NCBI GenBank assembly: GCA_016198705.1
Contig: JACQIA010000013.1
Span: forward strand, 1 to 48,572
Length of the DNA: 48,572 nt
DNA from: Candidatus Aenigmatarchaeota archaeon
GTDB lineage: Archaea > Aenigmatarchaeota > Aenigmatarchaeia > CG10238-14 > SCSR01
Direction of reading: 5' to 3'
Position numbers and translations under genes: made by a program. Position 1 is the first letter of the stretch. Every line of letters starts with the position of its first letter. The notes under the pieces are model-generated. The model did no database searches. It had not been told where the DNA came from and was given only the letters and a program-made list of their open reading frames with translations. Shown here one piece after another: positions 17,863-27,350 of the stretch.

Positions 17863-19038
17863 TTATTTATGCTTGACCTGCGCCACACCAGTTTTAATTG
17901 CTGCGTCTCTGACAGCTTTTGAAACAGCGGGCAGAATTCTTTCATCCGTCGGCAAGGGAATTACATAATCCATCCTAAGCTCATCTTTCACAATATCAAC
18001 CAATGCATAAGTGCTAGCAATAAGAATCTCATCGTTAACCATTTTAGCCCTGACATCCAAAAGTCCTCTCATCACAGCTGGAAATGCAAGAACATTGTTT
18101 ATTTGATTCGGATAATCGCTCCTGCCGGTTGCAATTATCGCCGCATCCTTTGCATCCTCAGGCATTATCTCTGGAGTTGGATTCGTCAATGCAAAAACAA
18201 TAGCATCATCACTCATTTTTCCTATCATTTCATTCTTAAACAATCCAGCAATTCCTGATGCGCCAATTAACACATCAGCTCCGTCAAGGGCATTGGACAA
18301 ACTTCCCTCTAAATGTCCCTTGTTTGATATTGAAGCAAGCTTCTGCTTGTATTTGTTCAAATCATTTCTTCCAGAATGAATTATTCCCTTCGAATCGACA
18401 GCCAGAATATTCTTAATACCGATGGCGTGAAGCATCATCGCAGTTCCATATCCAGCCGACCCAGCACCAGCAATTACAACCCTGGCCTCACTTAATTTCT
18501 TTCCAACAACTTTCAAAGAATTTATCACCCCTGCAGCAACCACTATTCCAGACCCATGCTGATCATCGTGATATACAGGTATATCCAAACTGCCATTGAG
18601 TCTATCGACAATCTCAAAACACTTTGGAGAATCTATATCCTCTAAGTTGATTCCACCGAAACTAGGAGAAATATTTTTAATAATTTCAACGATTTCTTCT
18701 GCCTTTTGCGTGTTCAAACAAAGAGGAAATGCGTCCACCTGGCCAAACAATTTGAACAAGATGGCCTTTCCCTCCATAACAGGCAGCGCAGCTTCAGGAC
18801 CAATATTACCTAGTCCTAAAACTCTGCTACCATCAGTAACTATCGCAACTGTGTTCCATTTCGAAGTGTATTCATAAACCTTTTCCTTGTGCTTTGCAAT
18901 TTCTCTTGACACTTCGGCTACGCCAGGAGTATACAGTAAACTAAGTATTTCCTTGGTCAAAACAGGATGCTTGCTCTTGATTTCAATCTTTCCTTTTAGC
19001 TTTTTATGCAGCTCTAATGCTTCTTTTGCAAGATTCAT
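17863..19038 (-). CDS. NAD(P)-dependent malic enzyme
   Basis: YTPGVA, VLGLGNIG, EGKA, NLEDI, HDDQHG and NQINNVLAFP. Confidence 0.93.
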   Translation of the reverse strand: MNLAKEALELHKKLKGKIEIKSKHPVLTKEILSLLYTPGVAEVSREIAKHKEKVYEYTSKWNTVAIVTDGSRVLGLGNIGPEAALPVMEGKAILFKLFGQVDAFPLCLNTQKAEEIVEIIKNISPSFGGINLEDIDSPKCFEIVDRLNGSLDIPVYHDDQHGSGIVVAAGVINSLKVVGKKLSEARVVIAGAGSAGYGTAMMLHAIGIKNILAVDSKGIIHSGRNDLNKYKQKLASISNKGHLEGSLSNALDGADVLIGASGIAGLFKNEMIGKMSDDAIVFALTNPTPEIMPEDAKDAAIIATGRSDYPNQINNVLAFPAVMRGLLDVRAKMVNDEILIASTYALVDIVKDELRMDYVIPLPTDERILPAVSKAVRDAAIKTGVAQVKHK

Positions 19039-19085
19039 TAAAACTTAATGATTTCTATTTTATTTAATAGTTTCTATGACTTTCT

Positions 19086-20228
19086 TTATTTTGTAATTTT
19101 TCCCCTAATTCGCTCTTGTGCAATCTTCAAAGCCGCATCTCTTGGTTTTATTTTGTCTTTCCTAGCCCTATCTAAAACAATCTTCACATTCCTTTTAATC
19201 TTCTTCTCAACCAATTCAAACATTCTCTTAGGATTATACCCACGGTATTCAGCATAAGAAGAAATAACCCCGCCAGCATTAGCAACAAAATCAGGAACTA
19301 CTAAAATTCCTTTCTTATACAACATCTCTTCCATCTCTGGTATCATTGGTATATTCGCAGCCTCAACAACAATCTTCGCTTTAACATTATTCACATTATC
19401 TTTGGTTATGACATCTGGCAGAGCCCCTGGAATTAAAATGTCTACAGTCAATTCAAAAATCTCTTTATTTTTTAAAACTTTTCCAGGGTTGTAATTAACC
19501 ACACTTCCTGTATTTTCTTTCACATCATGCAATTTTTCTATATCCAAACCATTCTCATTATAAATCACACCTTTACTATCGCCAACAGCAACTATCTTTG
19601 CACCGAAATCTGACAAATACTTTGAAGCGAAAGTTCCTACATTTCCAAACCCCTCTATAGCAATCGTAGCGCCTTTGATGTCCAAATCGATATGATCAGC
19701 AGCAATAACCGAAGCATGCGCAACACCAAATCCAGTTGAACCAAATTCGTGAGGTATCCCACATTTCTCTCCTGATTTGCCAAACAACCTCATACATACA
19801 CTAGCTGGCTTGCCTGTGCAAGCCCTCCAATCGCCGTTGGCTTCGAAGAACCACTGCATCTCCTGTTCACCAGTATTGACATCCGGTCCTGCTATATACA
19901 GCTTAGGAACAATTGGTTTCAGTGCTTTGGAAAACGCCTGAATCAATGCTTTCTTACGTTCTTTATTCTTGATATCTTCTATAGATGCTTTAATTCCAGC
20001 CTTAGCCCCACCAAACGGCAATTCAGCCAGAGCATTCTTCCACGTCATAGTTCTAGCCAATCTAAAAACTTCAGAGACATCAACAGTAGGGGTCATCCTA
20101 ATTCCACCTTTCGAAGGACCTAAACTTCTGTTGTCAATAACTAAGATGCCTTTCAACCCAACTTTCTTATCATAAACCTCAATCACATATTCAGGACCAA
20201 ATTCATCGGCAAAATTCTCAAGTTCCAT
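19086..20228 (-). CDS. gdhA: Glu/Leu/Phe/Val dehydrogenase, probably glutamate dehydrogenase
   Basis: KGGIR, MTWKNA, GGAK, GFGNVG, EAAN and PDFVANAGGV. Confidence 0.85.
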   Translation of the reverse strand: MELENFADEFGPEYVIEVYDKKVGLKGILVIDNRSLGPSKGGIRMTPTVDVSEVFRLARTMTWKNALAELPFGGAKAGIKASIEDIKNKERKKALIQAFSKALKPIVPKLYIAGPDVNTGEQEMQWFFEANGDWRACTGKPASVCMRLFGKSGEKCGIPHEFGSTGFGVAHASVIAADHIDLDIKGATIAIEGFGNVGTFASKYLSDFGAKIVAVGDSKGVIYNENGLDIEKLHDVKENTGSVVNYNPGKVLKNKEIFELTVDILIPGALPDVITKDNVNNVKAKIVVEAANIPMIPEMEEMLYKKGILVVPDFVANAGGVISSYAEYRGYNPKRMFELVEKKIKRNVKIVLDRARKDKIKPRDAALKIAQERIRGKITK

Positions 20229-20257
20229 AATATATATAGTTGAATCTCAAATAAAAA

Positions 20258-21034
20258 TTACAACCTAACTTCCCCACCATCAACAACAATCGTCTGCCCT
20301 GTAATATAGCTTGAATTATCTGACGCTAGAAATGCTGCGACTTTGGCAACCTCTTCCGGCTGGCCAAACCTGCCCAACGGAATATTTCTAACCAATTCTT
20401 CCATTTCATTTTTCTTGTAACTTTTTATGTTTGCTTCTGTTGCTATGCTTCCTGGTGCTATCGCATTCAAATTGATGCTGTACTTGCCCAAAATTGGCGC
20501 TAATGATTTGACTAAAATTCTGTTTGCAGCCTTTGCTATAGTAAATTGCAATCCTGCAGAATCACCCTCAACACCTGGCGTGGAGCTTATCAAAATAATC
20601 TTCCCATATTTCTGTTTTTTCATATATGGTACAGCATACCTAATGCAATGATAGGAACCTTTAACATCAATGTTCCATGGTTTATCCAATTCCTCATCGG
20701 ATACATCCAAAGGGTCTGCGAACCAACTTTCTCTACCAGTGGGGTATCCAGCAAACGCAACAACTATGTCTAGTCTTTTGAACTTATCAACAAACTTCTG
20801 AATCATAGCTTTCACTTCATAAGCTTTAGAAACATCCGCTTTCAATGCCATAGCACTTGAACCCAGTTCCTTGATTTTATTTACAATCTCGATAGCCTTT
20901 GCTTCTGACGCAGAATAATGAACGCCTACTTTAGCTCCTTCCTTAGCAAACTTCAAAGCAGTAACACTTCCAATACCGCCGCTAGCGCCGGTTATTAATG
21001 CAATTTTATCTTTTAGCAACATTACCTCAACCAA
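20258..21034 (-). CDS. SDR oxidoreductase, FabG-like, with catalytic Tyr replaced by Phe
   Basis: [24 protein letters not shown] and [12 protein letters not shown]; the YxxxK motif reads FTIAK. Confidence 0.85.
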   Translation of the reverse strand: MVEVMLLKDKIALITGASGGIGSVTALKFAKEGAKVGVHYSASEAKAIEIVNKIKELGSSAMALKADVSKAYEVKAMIQKFVDKFKRLDIVVAFAGYPTGRESWFADPLDVSDEELDKPWNIDVKGSYHCIRYAVPYMKKQKYGKIILISSTPGVEGDSAGLQFTIAKAANRILVKSLAPILGKYSINLNAIAPGSIATEANIKSYKKNEMEELVRNIPLGRFGQPEEVAKVAAFLASDNSSYITGQTIVVDGGEVRL

Positions 21035-21048
21035 CTGCTATCGAAACC

Positions 21049-21168
21049 TTACGAAGCCTTGGGTTTTAAAATAAAATCACACTGCTTACACATACCAGGC
21101 TCATCATACATCCTCTTGCATACACCACACTCAAAAACCAGTTGAGTAACATTCAATTTTTTAGCCAT
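21049..21168 (-). CDS. 39-aa CxxC...CxxC metal-binding microprotein (not in ORF track)
   Basis: MAKKLNVTQLVFECGVCKRMYDEPGMCKQCDFILKPKAS. Its ATG directly follows the TGA of the thioredoxin-like gene, and it fills the gap to the SDR. Confidence 0.75.
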   Translation of the reverse strand: MAKKLNVTQLVFECGVCKRMYDEPGMCKQCDFILKPKAS

Positions 21169-21426
21169 TCATCCACCTATCACTTGCACAGCCTTTTCCC
21201 GCGGAGGTATGCCAACAAACGCAACAGATTGCTTGCCGTTTCTTTCAATTATGGTTGTTGGAACAGCCATTATGCTGAATTTCATCACCAGCTCCTGCCC
21301 TTTTGGGGTTGTTGCATCTATTTCCTCATAATCAAAATTGTACTGGTTCTTTAAATCTTGCCATAATCTAGAAGTCGCAGGGCAATATATGCAAGTCCTG
21401 GTCTTCAATAAAATTACTTTTGTCAT
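21169..21426 (-). CDS. Thioredoxin/glutaredoxin-like protein
   Basis: CIYC active site, MAVPT cis-Pro loop and FVGIP. Confidence 0.88.
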   Translation of the reverse strand: MTKVILLKTRTCIYCPATSRLWQDLKNQYNFDYEEIDATTPKGQELVMKFSIMAVPTTIIERNGKQSVAFVGIPPREKAVQVIGG

Positions 21427-21510
21427 TTTTACCTAAAGCAATTAGTTAATTGTAAAATAAATGTTTAATTAATAGACGATAACATAAGTTTAGAAAAATA
21501 GAGTGGTTAG

Positions 21511-21786
21511 ATGGAGAAAAGATATAGAGTTGTTGTTTATGGAAGAGTTCAAGGCGTAATGTTCAGGCATAATGTTGCCAAAATAGCTGAAAAGGCTAAC
21601 ATCAAAGGTTGGGTAAGGAACAATCCAGATGGAACGGTGGAGGCTGTGTTTGAAGGTAAGGAGGAGACATTGGAAAAGGTTCTGAACTGGTGCAGGAAAG
21701 GACCTATTGGGTCAAAGATTGAGAAAGTTGAAGTGAAGGAAGAGGAATTCAAAGATGAGTTCGAGGCCTTCTATATAACAGCATAG
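21511..21786 (+). CDS. acyP: Acylphosphatase
   Basis: GRVQGVMFR and GWVRNNPDGTVE. Confidence 0.93.
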   Translation: MEKRYRVVVYGRVQGVMFRHNVAKIAEKANIKGWVRNNPDGTVEAVFEGKEETLEKVLNWCRKGPIGSKIEKVEVKEEEFKDEFEAFYITA

Positions 21787-21803
21787 TTACTATCGAGGGG
21801 TAG

Positions 21804-21818
21804 CGAAAAGTATAAATA
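21804..21818 (+). promoter_or_regulatory. Consensus archaeal BRE-TATA promoter
   Basis: CGAAAAG followed by TATAAATA upstream of the 21859 ORF. Confidence 0.65.
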
Positions 21819-21858
21819 GTTACGCTTTTAAGATATTGTAAAACCAAATATAGGTTAG

Positions 21859-22215
21859 ATGAATATGGCAGCTAAGAAAAATGAAGATATGTCAAAGGTC
21901 GGAGAATGGGCCTTTCTAGGAGGCGTTCTTTTAGCCGTACTAGTAGGCCTTATTCCGGGTGTACTGCCAGGTAACTTAGTAGCCTTGGTGTTGGTAGTCC
22001 TAGGTTTACTAGTAGGATTAATTAACATCGGTGCTAAGGAAACACACAGCTTTCTATTAGCTTCAGTAGCTTTGCTCGTTGCTGGTGCAGCTGGTTTACA
22101 GACACTGCCAGTAGTTGGTGGGATTGTAAGCTCTGTACTAACAAACTTAGTCAGCTTCGTAGCACCTGCTGCAGTGATAGTAGCACTTAAGGCAGTATAC
22201 GAACACGGAAGATAA
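21859..22215 (+). CDS. Small 4-TM membrane protein of unknown function
   Basis: Four hydrophobic segments and GLLVGLINI motif; has its own promoter and terminator. Confidence 0.8.
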   Translation: MNMAAKKNEDMSKVGEWAFLGGVLLAVLVGLIPGVLPGNLVALVLVVLGLLVGLINIGAKETHSFLLASVALLVAGAAGLQTLPVVGGIVSSVLTNLVSFVAPAAVIVALKAVYEHGR

Positions 22216-22217
22216 GA

Positions 22218-22244
22218 TTTCCTTTCCTCCCTTTTTTTATTTAT
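22218..22244 (+). terminator. Archaeal pyrimidine/oligo-T terminator
   Basis: TTTCCTTTCCTCCCTTTTTTTATTTAT directly after the stop, between convergent genes. Confidence 0.6.
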
Positions 22245-22541
22245 TTAGGCTTTTTTCTCGGCATTTATCTGTTTGTTTATCTGCTCAGACATGTAATGGC
22301 CGTTGACATTAACCTTTACAGACTTTACACCTTCTAGCTTAGAAACCAATGTCTTGATATCAGTAGCCATCTTTAAGGCAAACACAGGAGGGCAGAAGGG
22401 GGTTGTAATATGGAATTCTACAGTTACGTTGCCGTCTTGTATGTCTATGGTATCTACCAGTTGCATTTCCGTGATTGGTACTCCTATTTCAGGATCAACC
22501 ACCTTCTCCAACTCCTTCATTACAGCTTCTTTATCAACCAT
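22245..22541 (-). CDS. Fe-S assembly protein, SufT/PaaD/DUF59 (MIP18) family
   Basis: VVDPEIG and TTPFCP motifs. Confidence 0.88.
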   Translation of the reverse strand: MVDKEAVMKELEKVVDPEIGVPITEMQLVDTIDIQDGNVTVEFHITTPFCPPVFALKMATDIKTLVSKLEGVKSVKVNVNGHYMSEQINKQINAEKKA

Positions 22542-22567
22542 TAAACCACTAATTGAACCCGTTGTAT

Positions 22568-24640
22568 TTAACTTTTAATCTTTGTTTTGTATCTATTCAT
22601 TAACAGAGAATTACCTACAACGGAAACAGAGCTAAACGCCATTGCCGCTCCAGCAATTATTGGATTCAACAGGAAGCCAGGAATAAAAACAGTCAATAAG
22701 CCTGTGGCAATAGGTATTCCTGCAATATTATATACAAATGCCAAAACCAGATTTTCTTTTATCTTTCTCATGGTGTATCTGCTCAGATCTATTGATGTCA
22801 CAACATCCCTTAAGTCATCTTTGATCAAAACCAAATCTCCTGTCTCCAAAGCAACATCAGTTCCAGAACCTATAGCAATTCCTATATCCGCCTGAGCCAA
22901 CATAGGAGCATCGTTAATTCCATCTCCAACTGCTGCTACTCTATACCCTTTTTCTTGCAACTCCTTTACTTTCTTTGATTTATCCTGTGGGAGCACTTCT
23001 GACATGACATTTTCTATCCCAACTTCTTTGGCTATGAATTGTGCTGTCTTTGGATTATCTCCTGTAATCATCCAAACATCAATTTTCATTTTTTTCAACT
23101 GCTGCACCGCATCTTTAGAATAAGGCTTTAGCGTGTCTGCTATTCCTATGATGCCAACTATCATGTTGCCAAAAGCAACGATAACTGCTGTCTTGCCTTG
23201 CTCCTCCAATTTCTGTATATCTGCCTCCAATTCATCTATTTTAAACCCATGCTCCTTCATAAAAATTCTATTACCAACAAAAATTAGTTTGTTCAAATAT
23301 CTTACTTGAATACCTTTACCAGCAACAGTTTCATAATTATTGCCGTCAGGAATCATGATTTTCATTTCTTCAGCTTTCTTTACTATCGCTTCTCCCAATG
23401 GATGCTCAGATCCCCTTTCAGCAATCGCTGCCAATCGCAACACATTACTTTCATCTGTTCTGTTTATTGATTTGACATCGGTAACTGCTGGCTCGCCTTT
23501 TGTCAAAGTGCCTGTCTTATCGAATACAACCGCTGTGAGTTTGTGGGCTGTTTCCAGTGCTTTCCCGCCTTTGATAAGAATGCCATTATTTGCACCTAAA
23601 CTAGTTCCAACCAAAATAGCCGTTGGTGTTGCTATACCCAATGCACACGGACAGGCGATAATTAAGATTGTGATAAAAATTGTTAGAGCGAAAATAAATC
23701 CCATACCTGCATACAACCATGCAAAAAAGGATAAAATTGCAATAGCTATTACCGATGGAACAAAATAGGATGAAACCTTGTCTGCCAGCCTTTGAATGGG
23801 TGCTTTGACAGTCAACGCTTCTTGGACGATTTTAATGATTTGTGCTAACACTGTATCCCTGCCGACTTTAGTGGCTTTTATCTTCAACAAGCCTGATTTG
23901 TTTATCGTAGCACCGATGACTTCATCGTTTACTGATTTGCTCACAGGCATGCTTTCTCCAGTTATCATCTTCTCATCCACAGAAGAATTGCCTTCTATGA
24001 CAACACCGTCAACTGGAATCTTTTCCCCAGGCTTGACTATAACAATATCGTCAACCAAAAGATCCTCTATCTTCACATCGGCCTCATCACCATTTCTAAT
24101 TACTCTCGCAGTTTTCGGCTGCAATCCCATTAATTTCTTAATTGCAGCAGACGCCTTTCCTTTGGCTATCTCCTCCAGAAGTTTGCCGGTTAAAATCAGA
24201 GTAATGATTACTGCTGTTGCGTCGAAGTAAACCTCACCTTGGAAAATATTTGGTAAGAATGTAACTAGAGTACTGTAAAGCCATGCCGATGAAGTGCCTA
24301 CTGCTATCAATGTATCCATGTTTGCTGTTCCTACTTTCAATGCATCCAAAGTTCCTTTGTAGAATCTAAAGCCTGCGATGAATTGAACTGGTGTAGATAG
24401 TAAAAATAAAATTAAATTTTCATTCGGAATTTCTAGGAAGAATGAAATTAAGATGACTGGTATTGATACTATGGAACTGAAAGCAACCAAGATTTTTAGA
24501 TTCTTTAATTCCACCTCAGGTCTTTCATAGGTTTTCAAACAAGTTTCAGAGCAGAAATAGATTGTTCTACCATCAACATCTTTTTTGTAGATAGCTTTGT
24601 TTTCGTCAACATGCATTCCGCATACAGGATCGATTGCCAT
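22568..24640 (-). CDS. copA: Cu(I)-translocating P1B-type ATPase with N-terminal YHS domain
   Basis: DPVCGM...YFCSETC, TGES, CPC, DKTGT, SEHP, GDGIND, YN and MAFSS. Confidence 0.93.
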   Translation of the reverse strand: MAIDPVCGMHVDENKAIYKKDVDGRTIYFCSETCLKTYERPEVELKNLKILVAFSSIVSIPVILISFFLEIPNENLILFLLSTPVQFIAGFRFYKGTLDALKVGTANMDTLIAVGTSSAWLYSTLVTFLPNIFQGEVYFDATAVIITLILTGKLLEEIAKGKASAAIKKLMGLQPKTARVIRNGDEADVKIEDLLVDDIVIVKPGEKIPVDGVVIEGNSSVDEKMITGESMPVSKSVNDEVIGATINKSGLLKIKATKVGRDTVLAQIIKIVQEALTVKAPIQRLADKVSSYFVPSVIAIAILSFFAWLYAGMGFIFALTIFITILIIACPCALGIATPTAILVGTSLGANNGILIKGGKALETAHKLTAVVFDKTGTLTKGEPAVTDVKSINRTDESNVLRLAAIAERGSEHPLGEAIVKKAEEMKIMIPDGNNYETVAGKGIQVRYLNKLIFVGNRIFMKEHGFKIDELEADIQKLEEQGKTAVIVAFGNMIVGIIGIADTLKPYSKDAVQQLKKMKIDVWMITGDNPKTAQFIAKEVGIENVMSEVLPQDKSKKVKELQEKGYRVAAVGDGINDAPMLAQADIGIAIGSGTDVALETGDLVLIKDDLRDVVTSIDLSRYTMRKIKENLVLAFVYNIAGIPIATGLLTVFIPGFLLNPIIAGAAMAFSSVSVVGNSLLMNRYKTKIKS

Positions 24641-24643
24641 AAA

Positions 24644-24784
24644 CTATTTAACGAATTTCTTAGAATTTATTTTAAACTCAGCCTGACAATTGCTGCTGCA
24701 AAAGTAATATGTGTTTCCTTTATATTCAGCTTTTATCGGAGTATTTTCATCCACTTGCATCTTGCAAACAGGATCAATTACCAT
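24644..24784 (-). CDS. 46-aa YHS/TRASH metallochaperone (not in ORF track)
   Basis: MVIDPVCKMQVDENTPIKAEYKGNTYYFCSSNCQAEFKINSKKFVK, 3 nt upstream of copA. Confidence 0.9.
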   Translation of the reverse strand: MVIDPVCKMQVDENTPIKAEYKGNTYYFCSSNCQAEFKINSKKFVK

Positions 24785-25511
24785 ACTGCTCCAACCAATT
24801 GACTATAACCTTATCTAAATCTGTGTTAGAAAACATTTTAGTTCCATGCCCGGCATCTGCATATATTTTCAATTCCTTCTTGCCTGCAGCACTTTCACTC
24901 ATAGTTTTGGATGATGTGGCGGAATATTCGTCATCTTCACTGGCAACGATGAGCATTGGTCTGTTGCCGTAATCCCTAACGTTGTCATCAATCTTAACAC
25001 CTCTGTAATCCAACCCCGGAGACAACAAGACGGTAGTTTTTATTTCTATATCCTCAGTCGCATAGTTCAAAGCTATATTAGCCCCTATACTTGCACCGAT
25101 CAAACTAATTTTACTTATACCTTTTTGTTCTAGGAATTCTTTAGCAGCCTTTACATCCAAAATCATGTCATTAAAATCCTTTGCAGAAAATGTCTGCCAT
25201 TCTACAGTCCTCCCACCTTTCTTCAAACTTTGTCCATGTCCACGTAGATCTATTGATAAAACATTATACCCTTCCTTATTCAATTGCCCAGCAAATGCAT
25301 TCCAGTCGCTTCTATTTCTATTCAACATGTGCAACAGAATTACGCCTGTATCAGATGTTGATTTGTAGAAACTGCCGACTACTTCAAAGCCGTCTTCTGC
25401 TTTAAAAGAAACTTGCTCACTCATCGTGCTCACTTGTGATTGGGATATACAGCCTGAAATTAAAATAGCTCCAATTAATATAGCGGTGTTATAAAAATTT
25501 AACTGTATCAT
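24774..25511 (-). CDS. Alpha/beta hydrolase, probable lipoprotein
   Basis: LISGC lipobox-like signal, DLRGHG, GASIG nucleophile elbow and Asp/His (SEDD, GHG). Confidence 0.85.
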   Translation of the reverse strand: MIQLNFYNTAILIGAILISGCISQSQVSTMSEQVSFKAEDGFEVVGSFYKSTSDTGVILLHMLNRNRSDWNAFAGQLNKEGYNVLSIDLRGHGQSLKKGGRTVEWQTFSAKDFNDMILDVKAAKEFLEQKGISKISLIGASIGANIALNYATEDIEIKTTVLLSPGLDYRGVKIDDNVRDYGNRPMLIVASEDDEYSATSSKTMSESAAGKKELKIYADAGHGTKMFSNTDLDKVIVNWLEQYGN

Positions 25512-25513
25512 AA

Positions 25514-26149
25514 TTACGTTCTTTTGGCTTTATCAGTTACAGAAGATAATTGCTGTGTTATCTGATCTTCAGATTCATTGCCGTAAGAAACTAAAATTTT
25601 ATCCCCGTCTTTCAACACATATTTTTCCCATTCGCTGCTAGGTTTGCTATTTACATAAAACTTTAGAGCTTTATCACCTTCATTGCAATATTTATCACCT
25701 GTGTCCATCGTCAAACAGTCCTTTTCAAACTTTATTCCTAAAGATTTTAAGAAGAACTCCATTGTAACTCCAGTTGCATGAACATGAATTAAATCACCAT
25801 CTCCACCTTCCAAATGAACATGTGCATTTAAATGAGGTTTTTGGTATTTGCCTAAAGAAAAATCGATTGCATTGCCACTGACATACACCTTGAAATCTTG
25901 ATGGATGTGCGTTGAACCTGGCGCACCAATTCCTGTAGATGGTGCTGTTAATGCCCAAATTAATGCATACCCTATACCTACAACTACAAGGAGGATAATT
26001 CCATATGTCAGAACTTTTCCAAAAGTTAATTTTGGTTTTCTTACTACAACTGTAGCTTCTTGTTTTGCATGCTTGTCATTCCTGTGCTGTTTCATTGCAT
26101 CTGAAGTATCAAAATTCTTACCGCATTCAGGACATTCAGCCTTTTCCAT
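25514..26149 (-). CDS. C2H2 zinc finger + TM + extracellular His-rich domain protein
   Basis: CPECGKNF...MKQHRNDKH, one TM helix and HIHQDF...HVHLE...LIHVH. Confidence 0.75.
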   Translation of the reverse strand: MEKAECPECGKNFDTSDAMKQHRNDKHAKQEATVVVRKPKLTFGKVLTYGIILLVVVGIGYALIWALTAPSTGIGAPGSTHIHQDFKVYVSGNAIDFSLGKYQKPHLNAHVHLEGGDGDLIHVHATGVTMEFFLKSLGIKFEKDCLTMDTGDKYCNEGDKALKFYVNSKPSSEWEKYVLKDGDKILVSYGNESEDQITQQLSSVTDKAKRT

Positions 26150-26180
26150 ATTATTTCATTTGAAACAGAATATAAATTCT

Positions 26181-26348
26181 TTACGAATTTCCCCTTAAAA
26201 CCGCATGCTTAGTTATCTCCAATGAACAAGCTCCATGTTTTTTACAAAAATCTTCGCATTTCTTGGCAATTGCATTATCTGTATAGCCAAATCCGCATAT
26301 GCTGCATTTGTATACCTTTCTCCCCTTATCGGCAATATTCTGTACCAT
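26181..26348 (-). CDS. 55-aa Cys/His metal-binding microprotein (not in ORF track)
   Basis: MVQNIADKGRKVYKCSICGFGYTDNAIAKKCEDFCKKHGACSLEITKHAVLRGNS; fills the operon gap. Confidence 0.8.
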   Translation of the reverse strand: MVQNIADKGRKVYKCSICGFGYTDNAIAKKCEDFCKKHGACSLEITKHAVLRGNS

Positions 26349-26366
26349 GCATTCAACTTATCTGAA

Positions 26367-26636
26367 TCAAGATATATCTCTGTGTGTCTCGTAAATGAAC
26401 GCTGCGTCTTTATTTTTCATCCTCAAATGCTTTTTAGCTAAATTTGCTATGTTGCTAGAATTTACTATTTTCTTTTTCCTCAAGTCGTCCTTTACTTTTT
26501 TCGTAACATGACTTGCAACACCTTCGCATCCCCGTTCACCCATGTTCGCAACTTTACATGCAGCATATACAGACCCGTAAAGCTTTCTCTCATCAAATTT
26601 TTCTTTATGGCCTCTTCTTTTAACTACTTCTATCAT
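26367..26636 (-). CDS. Stand-alone ATP-cone domain protein
   Basis: VVKRRGHKEKFDERKL ATP-cone signature. ATG 26636 overlaps the upstream stop (ATGA), so the 26741 start is rejected. Confidence 0.85.
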   Translation of the reverse strand: MIEVVKRRGHKEKFDERKLYGSVYAACKVANMGERGCEGVASHVTKKVKDDLRKKKIVNSSNIANLAKKHLRMKNKDAAFIYETHRDIS

Positions 26637-27349
26637 GCCAAAACCAAAATCCCGCTTGAAACAAGGATTAAGAACCATCCCAATGCTACAAGCAATAGAC
26701 CGATACCAAGCCTGATGTAAGCCCTTGAAGATTGTTTCCATTTCTTGATGGCTGCGATCTTCGTTATGCCAAAATATACTGAAAGAAGGATTACCACTAG
26801 CGGCAAGACGAATATGAAATTGTATAGCAGTAGAAGAAGAAGTGCTTGTATATCAAAATTGTAAGACAAAAGGTTTAATATAGCCAAATAAGGTCCTCCT
26901 GTACACGGCAATTCAACAGCTGTCACAAATGCTCCAAGTGTTATCATGAGTCCAACACTCAACTTCCCTTTAAGCATCTTATCTATCTTTTTTGCCTGGT
27001 CTGGGGATATGGAAAGTGAAATGCCCTGTCCATACCAGAAAAAGTCTTTTATTTCTATCAAACCGAAAAATACGACTAGGGTACCTAATACTAATGAAAC
27101 ATACTGCGCGATAAAATTAGGAATTACTGCAAACGTTGCAGCTAAAGCAACACCAGCTAAAAAGTAAATGCTATAAATAACGCCGATGTAAATTGAACCT
27201 AGGTATAAAAGCTTTCTTTTGTTTCTAGTGCCAACTGTAGCTAAGAATACTGAAATGAAGAAAATCAGCACACCTATAGCGCATGGATTTATTGAATCCA
27301 CGGCTGCAGCCGCTATTACAGTGAATAATGAGGGTAATGCTATCGACAT
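26633..27349 (-). CDS. CcdA/DsbD-like (GAP family) transmembrane electron transporter
   Basis: DSINPC and ELPCTGGPY Pro-Cys motifs; about six TM helices. Confidence 0.85.
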   Translation of the reverse strand: MSIALPSLFTVIAAAAVDSINPCAIGVLIFFISVFLATVGTRNKRKLLYLGSIYIGVIYSIYFLAGVALAATFAVIPNFIAQYVSLVLGTLVVFFGLIEIKDFFWYGQGISLSISPDQAKKIDKMLKGKLSVGLMITLGAFVTAVELPCTGGPYLAILNLLSYNFDIQALLLLLLYNFIFVLPLVVILLSVYFGITKIAAIKKWKQSSRAYIRLGIGLLLVALGWFLILVSSGILVLA

Positions 27350-27350
27350 A

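Noticed and set aside
26181-26636. Split NrdR (zinc ribbon + ATP-cone)
   Set aside because: The order is reversed, and the Cys protein lacks the NrdR CPxC...RRRReC pattern.
26637-26741. Longer start for the ATP-cone ORF
   Set aside because: It lies within the CcdA-like gene; the ATGA overlap at 26633-26636 marks the real start.
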